Source of the DNA: Azolla caroliniana
Taxonomy: Eukaryota > Plantae > Polypodiophyta
DNA length: 64,000 bases
Reading direction: 5' to 3'
Assembly: GCA_043228905.1 (NCBI GenBank)
Contig: JBHGNT010000001.1
Location: 7,688,001-7,752,000, forward strand
The translations under genes and the position numbers were made by a program. Under the pieces are notes generated by a model. That model did not search any database. It saw nothing but the letters and a program-made list of their open reading frames with translations, and was not told where the DNA came from. This document shows, piece after piece, positions 11,416-21,993 of the stretch; positions within the stretch are counted from its first letter, which is position 1, and each line of letters starts with the position of its first letter.

Positions 11416-12199
11416 CACAAAATACTATTTGGCTTTCAGACCAAATATCTTTAAAACGCCATGCACCGCGATCAACTGACCCGACCGATTTGCATTCATT
11501 CGATTTGGCCCAGTTCGGTCCGCATCCCGAGCCGGTTTGGTCCGCATCCTGAGGTCGCCGGATGCCAGATGTTGGGTCACCAATTCCGTCACCGAATGGC
11601 ATCACTGTTCGTTACCGGATCCGTCACCGGTTGCCATTGGTTTTGGTTGGCCAAAACCTCACCGGATTGCCGAGTCACCGATCGCCGACTCCATCACCGA
11701 TTCCATCGTCGGGTCACCGGCTCCGTTGCCAGTTTTGTCATCAATTCCGTCCGATCACCGATTGCTGATTGTCGGCTCCATCTAATCGATGGTTGCCGAC
11801 TCCATCCGATCACCGATTGCGGGATGCGTCCGATCGGCCGGTTTGAGTTTCTTCACCAGCCAGTTTGGGCACTTAGCCACGTCTGGCGACTTAGCCACAT
11901 ATGTCCATCTAGACAAAAGTGGCTCAAGTCCAACTTTTTCTTATGTGCTCTTAAGACATAGATGAAATATGATGGATCTCAATCTGCTTATATAGCTCGA
12001 GCCTAAACTCTTCCTATCTATGTGGGATATTTCATAGTTTTATTTTTCTCTTTTTTTTCTTTTGCAAAACTTTATACCCACATAACTTGACACTTAGATG
12101 TCTGTTTCTTATGTAGTAAAAAGTATTCGAAAGCTCTTGAAGACCTCCATCTTCCCGTACCAAGATATTAAGCTAATCTAAAATAATATCTTCTTTATT

Positions 12200-13181
12200 A
12201 TTGTTTCATGTCTCGTGTGAAGAACCACACTTGATTTTGTACGTTCCATGCAATTTTCACACCGTTGCCAAAAATCTTCACGATAACGTAAAGAATGTCT
12301 TTCTTCAAGAAGAAGTAGAAGAGGAGGTCTTCATGATCCAACCACCCAAGTTTCAAATCGACCAACCATCCGACCATAGTTTGTTGACTCAAGAAGGCGT
12401 TGTATGGTTTCAAGCAAGCACCACGTGCTTGGCATTTGACGATTACTTAGTATCTTCATTAAATCAGCCTTCGAATGTCAAAATCGGACCTCATCCCTTT
12501 ATATACGAAGCGATTCTAAAAGCCCGATTGCCATCATCCTGTACGTGGATGATCTAGTCATAAGAGGAGAGAATCTAGCTATACATGGATGATCTAGTCA
12601 TAAGACATGCAAGACCTCCATTACTTCCTCGACATAGAAGTAAATCGGACACTCGTTTGGATCATGATCTCCCAATGGCACTACATCCTCAACTTGTTAT
12701 ACAAGTTCGGGATGACTGAGTGCCGACTAGACCGACTACAACGCCTACCAACGATCGACTTCACGGTCTGTCTTCTCTCTCGATAGTGGACCCATCTCAT
12801 GGAGTAGCAAGAAGTCGCCGACCATCGCACTTTCGAGCACGGAGGCTGAATATAGGGGCATGGTTGTGGTTGAATATGAAGTCGTATGGCTTCAGCAAAT
12901 TTTGAAAGACCTTGGCGTCTCCATCAACGAGCTAGTCCTGATCTATTATGACAATTTTAGCCGCATCCATTTGGCTCGGAAGCCATTATTCCATGCTCGA
13001 ACAACGGATATCGAGGTGCACTACCACTTCATTCGAGAACGTTTCATTGCAGGGGATGTCGACCTTCAACATATTAGTACCAATCTTCAAACCGTTGACA
13101 TCTTCACGAAATCTTTGGGAATTGACAAGTTTCGATTGAGCTTGGTCTTTCGATCTACGACTTGCCGAGCTTGAGAGGGAG
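12200..13181 (+). mobile_element. Highly degenerate Ty1/copia RT-RNase H relic with PPT (a different family from the full-length element)
   Basis: Fragments VKNVFLQEEVEEEVFMIQPP, LYVDDLVI and EAEYRG...HARTTDIEVHYHFIRER...VDIFTKSLG, followed by TTGAGAGGGAG|TG at 13171-13183. Only its tail survives at ~31809-31913 and ~53066-53170. Confidence 0.85.
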
Positions 13182-13594
13182 TGATAGCCGACCGGTGTTG
13201 TGATGTGGCGCACCGAACGTGGGAAAAGTCGATGAACAAGGGCCAAAATGTGTATGTGCAATGTCCATGCACACAGGCCATTATTTGTGCACATGCACAT
13301 TATAATGGAAAATGAAGGGCGCGAAGGAGGCACACAAAATCATGGGGGGTGGAAAGAAAGAGAGAGGAGAGATGAAAAGTAGGAGAGAGAAGGAAACAGT
13401 CTGTGTATTTTTTGATATAGAATAAATATTAAGTAAGAGAGAATTAATGGCTTAGTGATTAGAGAAATTGACCTTTAACTAGAGATGCACAAATCGAATC
13501 CAATTTGACAATATTACATGATTTAAGGAGACTTACTCCTTTTGCATTAAATCCAAATGGATAAAAGGAGTACAAGGGGGCTCATTTTTGGGAG

Positions 13595-15406
13595 GAGACT
13601 ATCGCCATTTTCGTTTTGAGAGCTCTTCATTTTTATCTTCACCATTTTGGGGAGAAACTCTTACTCTTCCTTGGTCTATTAATTACTAATAAACTCTTAA
13701 CAATGACACATGAGCTTCTATAGTTGCTAGAGAGTGAGTGAGTGGTTTAGTGAGAGGGTGACCTTATATAAAGCACCCTCCTCATACTTTGTAAAGTGTC
13801 GGTTAATCTTCTATGTAATGCTATTATCCTTGTTCTTGGTATTCTCTACTCATTGTCAATATACATCTTGAGTATTCTATTTTCCTATCTATCTTGTGTC
13901 TCTCCTCTCTCCTTTTTCACAGACATATAACACACATCTCTAATATATTCCGTTGGATAAAATCACACTCGATTCTTTACACGTCATTATATATCATTCT
14001 TTCCTATAGTGTTGATGTAGGATCATTGCCTTAGGTCAAGCAATAGGTATCAAATATCTCTTAACACAAATTGCAACAGATATGTATCAAATACTTGTGC
14101 TCTAATCTCCACATGCTAGGTTTCTCTCAAGTAACAACTACTCAAATTCATAGTAATGGTTGAGGCAACGTTAATTTTCTTCATACCTATGTTGAAATCT
14201 TGGTATTTGAAAAGGCGAAGATTGCAATTTCCTCCTCTTGATAGTAAAATAAATCACATGGTGACTTTTTGTAATTTCAATGGCTACTACCATGACTTTA
14301 GAAAAACCCACATTAACTAATAGGCCATTCCATTCACAAAGAGGTAGCATGTTGTACCTAAAAGTTTTCGAAACTTATGTTAAAATGGGCCAAAAACTAG
14401 AACCTCCCATTTATAAATAGAAAGTAAGATAGTGAAAATGTTAAAAAGCCAAACTTTTCTCGCGTTCTACCAAAGTTTCTTGAATGAACTCTTCTTGTTA
14501 ACCAACAAATAAAACAAATAGAGTAGGCGATAAACCGCATCCTTATTTCACTCCCATGGTGAGCATGATCTCTTTAGAGACGTTATTTTCAATCTTCAAC
14601 CAACATTTTACTTGACAATATAAGCGAGTCAAATTTGTTTCCATATGGAAAATAAGTAGCTTCCTCTAAATAAAATAGATGTCAATATAACTTGAGGGGA
14701 GAATGAATACCTAAATATGCTTCTAGATGTTTTGAAAGCTCAAAAACTACACTTACTATTTGTGAAATTAGCGAACTAGTTTTGTCAATGTGCATGATGA
14801 GTAGACTTGTCTATAACTAACATGTTTATGTTTTGTCTATAACACCTTTAGTTTTGTGCGGAAAAACAGAAGTCCGTGTAAAGCTGAGTTGTAATGTAGG
14901 GCCATTTTGTTCTTGCGGCCAAGCCCACTATATGAGCAACAAGTGCAATAAGTCTTCGTGATGATGTACAAGAAAATATCTAGGGGGCTACAATGAAGTC
15001 ATTCCATTAAAAATACAAAAAGTCCACGGAACATGATGCCCACGATGAAATCAATCCATTCTGCCTAATCTCGGTGTATGCGTTTATGGCGATGGGATTG
15101 ATTATTACATAGTCAAGAGTATATTTTCCAAGAGTGGTACGTTATTCAAAATCTACATAATGTACAACCCAAACCTATTGGATGCAGCAAAAGTAAAAGT
15201 TCAAATTTTATAATATTTATTACACAAGATGAGTACCCTGTCACATGGAAGTGGAGCCTCACCTTTGAAGATTATGAGTTATGACTTCCTCCATTAAAAC
15301 AAATGGATCTTAAGGATTGGGAAGAGAAAAAAGTGATGAAGTGATGATAAGCTCAAGAAATGTTGTGTAAGACAAAACAAGCGATTAGAGAAAGAGAGGG
15401 AGAGAC
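13595..15406 (+). repeat. ~1.8-kb upstream block of A-type BAHD copies. Homologous blocks lie at 1-1661, ~32325-34137, ~34645-36444, ~53582-55394 and ~55902-57701.
   Basis: Shared sequence gtttagtgagagggtgacct...cacatgg(g/a)agtggagc...gagagacATG precedes each A-type start codon. Confidence 0.9.
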
Positions 15407-16003
15407 ATGGAATATGTGCAGGTAGATCAAGAAATAAGAGTGCAGGTTGTGAAGGAAGAGATGGTGAGGCTAAGCAACAATGGAAGTAGGGAGGGCGAAT
15501 CGAGGGTGGTGGAACAAATGTTTGTGTCGGCCATCGACATGATCGACATGGTCGAATTCTCTTCTACGAAGCAAGCCCCACCCTAGGCTTTGGCGGACAT
15601 CACGAACACTTGGAAAACATCATGAAGAGGTCATTGGGGTTGGCATTGAACGAGTTCTACCCGCTCGCGGGACGCCTCCACATGGATGCCAATGGCCGGC
15701 TCCACGTGGTGTACGATGCTACGGGTGTCCCTTTTGTGGAGGTTGTGGTCCAGGGAGAGGGAGAGACTTGGCATATGTGCAGGTATATCAAGAAATAAGA
15801 GTATGGGTTGTGAAGGAAGAGATGATGAGGCCGAGCAGTAGGAGAAGTGCAAGCAACAATGGAAGTAGGGAGGACGAATCGAGTGTGGTGGAACAAATGT
15901 TTGTGTCGCCCATCGACACAATGTACCCCAAGGCGCTACACTTCGAGTGTGGTGGCATTCAATCGTGGAGGCATTGCACTTGGGGTTTCTCGAAGCCATA
16001 TTC

Positions 16004-19000
16004 TGTTGGGGCTTGTCCACTCAAGTGGAGCCCACAACATTAAGTCGGCCGAACGCCGAATAGACTTAATACTAATTAGTTGTATTTAAATATATATATA
16101 TATGTATGTATGTCTCCTTTTTTCTTTTTGTATGTTGTTTTTGGGCAAGTGTCTTTTGTATGTGTGAGTGTGAACACAGGTTTGTAGAAGTTAGACAAAG
16201 AAAAGAAGAAAAGGAAAAAGGAGAGACATCGTGACCTGTTTTTTTTTTGTGAGAAAGAAAAAAGAGAGCAAAAACTGGTTTTTCTGAGAGAGAAAACAGA
16301 GAACGAAAACTGATTGTTTTTTTGAGAGTGTGCAGAGAGCGAAAACAGAAAATAGAGAGAGAGAAACAGAAATTGAAAGAGCGAGCAAGGGGAAGAGTGA
16401 ACTACTGTCACAAATACAGAGACCACGATTGAACAACACCTGTCCTGTCTACTTGTTTCAGGTTTCTTCGTTTTATGTTTTTCTAGTTTCTTTTTTATTT
16501 GGTTTTCTATCCACACCCAATTGGGTGAGGAATTATAATTTGGGTCATTGTTGTATTCACCCAATCGGGTGAAGAATTGTAGCCGAGGTTGTTGCCTTGA
16601 AGTAGATACATTCCTCTAGTGAGGTAGTATTTCATTGTAATCCAAATTATAGTGAAATTGTTTGGAACCTACAGTTCCCGTGGTTTTTCCCTATTTTGGG
16701 TTTTCCACGTAAAAATCTTGGTGTACTCTCATTTTCGTCTTGTGGTTTCATCTATTGGTTATCAAGTGTTAATTGTGTTTGAAGTTTTAATTATCCTGAT
16801 TCCGCTCCATATTCCCAACAAGTGGTATCAGAGCAGAGGTTCATACCTCCGCAAAGACTTGGAATATGGATGAATCATTAGGCGGGATGATTAAACTGAC
16901 GGGACCAACTACCCCATTTGGAAGTCCAAAATGAGGGACATGTGGTTGCCCGTACTACATGGTACGAGCAAACCCGAGAAAATAGATGCATTAACCTGGG
17001 ACGCTATGCATCTAAAGACATTTGCATACATCCGATGTTTTATAGACATGAATCTATATAACAATTTCTGTGATGAAACCAAAGCAAACGAGTTATGGAG
17101 AAAAATCGAGAGTATGTTTCAGACCAAAAATGCTTTGAATAGAGTCTCCGTGTTTAGGAAACTTGTAAGACTTAGGTATCAAGATGGCTCTAGTATGGCA
17201 GAGCATCTTAATACGTTTCAAGGATTTATAAGTCAAACTGTCTCTCTAGATATACCTCTAGCAAATGAGGTGTTGACCTTGTTATTGTTAGGCTCTCTCC
17301 CAGATAGTTGGGAAACCCTTGTTGTGACGCTTGGGACTGCAACACAACAAAAAGACCTAACATTGGACATGCTTAAGTCGAATCTTCTACATGAAGAAGC
17401 ACGATGAAAGGAGCACGAGTCCAACTTTGATCATAAAGCCTTAGTCATAGAAAACAACTCCTCTAGAGGAAGAAACCATGGTAGGGGTCCACAAAATCAC
17501 AGAAATAATTTCAAGGGGAGGTCTAAATCTAGAAATAGGAAAGACTCTAAGAAAGACTTTACGTGTCACTACTGTGGTGGTCTAAACCACTATGAAAGAG
17601 ATTGTAGGAAGAAAAAGAGGGGCGAAAAGAGTGGAACTACTGACAACAAGAAAAATGATTCCACGACAGCCGCATGTGATGGTGATATCATCATCGCGTG
17701 TGATGATGCTTGTGTCAACTTAGCATCCCAAGAAACCGATTGGATTATCGATTCGGGATCCTCGTACCACATTACCCCATATCGGGAAATGTTCTCGTCA
17801 TATGCCGGTGGTGACTTTGGTAAAGTCAAAATGGCAAACCACGGCGTGATTGAGGTCGTTGGCATAGGAAATATAATTCTGACCACGGATATGGGTTGCA
17901 AACTAGTATTAAAAGATGTTAGGCATGTGCCAGACATTCGGCTGAATATTATTTCAGCCGGTAAGCTTGATGATGAGGGTTACACAAATTCCTTTGGTGA
18001 AGGAAAATGGAAGCTTATCAAAGGCTCGCTAGTATTAGCAAAATGTCTAAAACAGAATTCCCTCTATGTACTTCATGCTGTGGTGTCCGGCGGAGAGGTA
18101 AATGTAGCCAACAAGGATGCCTCGATTGAGCTATGGCATAAGAGACTTGGGCACAAGAGTCAAAAGGGACTCGATGTTCTAGCAAGGAAGAACATCTTGC
18201 CGGACATAAAAGGGATGCACTTGGAAACTTGTGCTGATTGCTTGGCCGGCAAACAACACAGAGTTGCTTTTCAACATCTGCCCCCCAAAAGAAAATTTTA
18301 GCCATTGGAATTGGTGCACACAGACTTGTGCTATATGAAAGATAGAACTCTTGGGGGAGCATTGTACTTTGCCACATTTATCGATGACTTCTCGAGGAAG
18401 TTGTGGTGCTTTGCATTAAAGTCTAAAGATCAAGTGTTTGAAATCTTTAGGAACTTTCATGTAAGTGTGGAAAGAGAAACTGGAAGAAAGCTGAAATGTA
18501 TCTGTGCCGATAACGACGGTGAATATCAGGGACGATTTGAGGAATATTGTCGTGAGCATGGTATTAGACTAGAGAGAAGTGTCCCGAAAACACCTCAGCA
18601 TAATGGTGTGGCTGAGAGGACGAATAGGACAATTTGTGAGCGGATAAGATGTATGTTATCCCACTCAAAATTGCCTAAATCCTTTTGGGGTGAAGCAATG
18701 AGGACTGCAATTGACCTCATAAACCTGTCTCCGTCAGCCCCCTTGGATGGGGATGTTCCCGAGAGGGTTTGGACAGGCAAAGATGTGTCATACAAACACT
18801 TGAGAGTATTTGGCTGTAGGGCCTACGTTCACATCCCAAAAGATGAAAGATCCAAGCTTGATGACAAATGCAAACCATGCATATTCTTGGGATACGGCCA
18901 TGAGGAATTCAGCTATAGACTTTATGACCCAATAGAGAAGAAGGTCATTAGAAGCAGGGATGTGGTATTCCTTGAGGATCAGACCTAACAAGATCCGGAG

Positions 19001-20794
19001 CCGAATGAAATGCCGGATCTCACCCCTGATTTTTCAGTCACTGAACACCCAATGCCTACCCCAGACACACAAGGTCATGGGGGAGATACCGAGGAGTATG
19101 ATGATATGGCTGATGATGCAGCCGACAATGATGATGGGCAGAATCATGACCATCATACTCTAGGTGACATTTCAGCAGCTCCTTCGGAAGAGGAAGAGGT
19201 TAGAAGGTCTATGAGACAAAGAAGACCTTCTACGAGATACAACCCACATGAATATGTGATGCTTTCAGATGGAGGAGAGCCAGAAAGCTTTAGAGAAGCT
19301 ATGGCAAATGATCATGAGGAATGGCTTGATGTCATGAGTGATGAGATGAAGTCTTTGCAAGAAAAAGGGAATTGATTTCGAGGAGATTTTCTCACCAGTG
19401 GTGAAGATGTCCTCGATCAGAGTTGTACTTGGGATCGCAGCCAGTCTCAATCGAGAAACTTGATGTAAAAACTGCCTTCCTCCATGGCGATTTGGAAGAA
19501 GAGATTTACATGGATCAACCCGAAGGGTTTGGTGTCAAAGGTAAGGAAAACCTGGTATGCAAGTTAAAGAAGAACTTGTACTGCCTAAAACAAGCTCCTA
19601 GACTTTGGTACAAAAAGTTTGACTCCTTTATGTTGAACCATGGGTATAATAGAACAAACACAGACCATTGTGTGTTTGTTAAGAAATTCCTAGATGGGGA
19701 TTTTGTCATTTTGCTCTTGTATGTTGATGATATGTTGATTGTTGGTCAAGACACCAACAAGATTGAGAAGTTGAAAAAGGAACTCAACAAATCTTTTCCC
19801 ATGAAGGACTTGGGACCAGCCAAGCAAATCCTTGGGATGAAGATAACCAGGGACAAGTCAAGCAAAAGACTTTGGTTGTCTCAAGAAAAGTACATTGAGA
19901 AGGTACTCGAGAGATTCAACATGGCTAAGAGTAAGCCGGTCAACACTCCACTCGCGGGCCACTTTAAATTTAGCTCAATTCAATGCCCTACGAGTGATGA
20001 AGAGCAAGAAGGAATGAAACAAATACCATATGCCTTTGCAGTCAGTAGTTTAATGTATGCTATGGTATGCACGAGGCCGGACATTGCTCACACAGTTGGT
20101 GTAGTGAGCTGTTTTCTCTCGAACCTTGGAAAAGATCATTGGGAAGCAGTGAAATGGATCCTGCGATATCTGAGGGGTACCTCAAGAGTCTGTCTAAAAT
20201 TTGGTGAGAACCAAACTATATTAGATGGATATACAGATGCCAATATGGCTAGTGATGTTGACTCCAGAAAGTCTACATCTGGTTACCTAATGATCTTTGC
20301 AGGGGGAGCGGTCTCTTGGCAATCGAGATTGCAAAAATGTGTGGCATTATCCACAACGGAGGCTGAGTATATTGCTGCCACAGAAGCTAGTAAGGAATTG
20401 TTATGGCTAAAGAAATTCCTACAAGAGTTGGGGCTGACCCAAGAACGGTACATTTTGTATTGTGATAGCCAAAGTGCTATCCACTTAAGCAAGAATTCTT
20501 CCTTTCACTCTAAGTCAAAACACATAGACGTTAGATACCATTGGATTAGAGATGTGCTTGAAGAAAAGCAAATGCACATTGAAAAGATTCACACAAACAA
20601 GAATGGTTCCGACATGATGACAAAATGTTTGTCAAGGGAGAAGCTTGAAGTTTGCAAACAAAAGGCAAACCTAGTTGTGCCCCCCACTTGAGATGGAGGG
20701 GGAGAATTTGTTGGGGCTTGTCCACTCAAGTGGAGCCCACAACATTAAGTCGGCCGAACGCTGAATAGACTTCATACTAATTAGTTGTATTTAA

Positions 20795-20826
<32 letters not shown>

Positions 20827-21219
20827 CTCCTTTTTTCTTTTTGTATGTTGTTTTTGGGCATGTGTCTTTTGTATGTGTGAGTGTGAACACAGGTTTGTAG
20901 ACGTTGGACAAAGAAAAGAAGAAAAGGAAAAAGGAGAGACATCGTGACCTGTTTTTTTCTATGAGAAAGAAAACAGAGAGCAAAAACTGGTTTTTCTGAG
21001 AGAGAAAACAGAGAACGAAAACTGATTTTTTTTTTGAGAGTGTGCAGAGAGCGAAAATAGAAAATAGAGAGAGAGAAAGAGAAATTGAAAGAGTGAGCAA
21101 GGGGAAGAGTGAACTACTGTCACAAATACAGAGACCTACGAGGGGTTGTCCACTCAAGTGGAGCCCACAACATTAAGTCGGCCGAACGCTGAATAGACTT
21201 CATACTAATTAGTTGTATT

Positions 21220-21258
<39 letters not shown>

Positions 21259-21993
21259 CTCCTTTTTTCTTTTTGTATGTTGTTTTTGGGCATGTGTCTT
21301 TTGTATGTGTGAGTGTGAACACAGGTTTGTAGACGTTGGACAAAGAAAAGAAGAAAAGGAAAAAGGAGAGACATCGTGACCTGTTTTTTTCTATGAGAAA
21401 GAAAACAGAGAGCAAAAACTGGTTTTTCTGAGAGAGAAAACAGAGAACGAAAACTGATTTTTTTTTTGAGAGTGTGCAGAGAGCGAAAATAGAAAATAGA
21501 GAGAGAGAAAGAGAAATTGAAAGAGTGAGCAAGGGGAAGAGTGAACTACTGTCACAAATACAGAGACCTACGAGGGGTTGTTCATGCTATCAAAGAACCA
21601 CGATTGAACAACACCTGTCCTGTCTACTTGTTTCAGGTTACTTCGTTTTATGTTTTTCTAGTTTCTTTTTTATTTGGTTTTCTATCCACCCAATTGGGTG
21701 AGGAATTATAATTTGGGTCACTGTTGTATCCACCCAATCGGGTGAAGAATTGTAGCCGAAATTGTTGCCTTGAAGTAGATACATTCCTCTAGTGAGGTAG
21801 TATTTCATTGTAATCCAAATTATAGTGAAATTGTTTGGAACCTACGGTTCCCGTGGTTTTTCCCTATTTTGGGTTTTCCACGTAAAAATCTTGGTGTACT
21901 CTCATTTTCGTCTTGTGGTTTCATCTATTGGTTATCAAGTGTTAATTGTGTTTGAAGTTTTAATTATCCCGATTCCGCTCCATATTCCCAACA
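16004..21993 (+). mobile_element. Ty1/copia LTR retrotransposon, Tnt1/Tork-like, defective; copy 1
   Basis: 5' LTR 16004-16820 (TGTTGG...CCAACA), PBS TGGTATCAGAGC 16823-16834, PPT GAGATGGAGGGGGAGAA 20690-20706, 3' LTR 20709-21993, TSD TATTC at 15999-16003 and 21994-21998. Domain order is gag (CCHC), PR, INT, RT (YVDD), RH. Confidence 0.97.
16866..20691 (+). pseudogene. Disrupted gag-pol polyprotein of copia copy 1
   Basis: Frameshift ~16904; stops at 17405-17407, 18299-18301 and 18986-18988; deletion and frameshifts at the RT N-terminus (~19360-19450). Confidence 0.92.

Noticed and set aside
11461-11961. 166-aa ORF and overlapping ORFs in a GC-rich stretch
   Set aside because: Low-complexity ccgatcaccgatt-type repeats keep several frames open. 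There is no recognisable domain, and it is probably TE-internal sequence.
16076-16873. Hydrophobic or Lys-rich ORFs in the LTRs (and their copies), and antisense ORFs over BAHD and pol
   Set aside because: They are by-products of GA/CT-rich LTR sequence and shadow frames of real coding regions.
18296-18310. In-frame TAG between the gag-PR and integrase ORFs in all three copies, as programmed read-through
   Set aside because: It falls inside the integrase, between HHCC and the core, where copia elements have a sense codon. All copies descend from one insertion, so a single nonsense mutation explains it.
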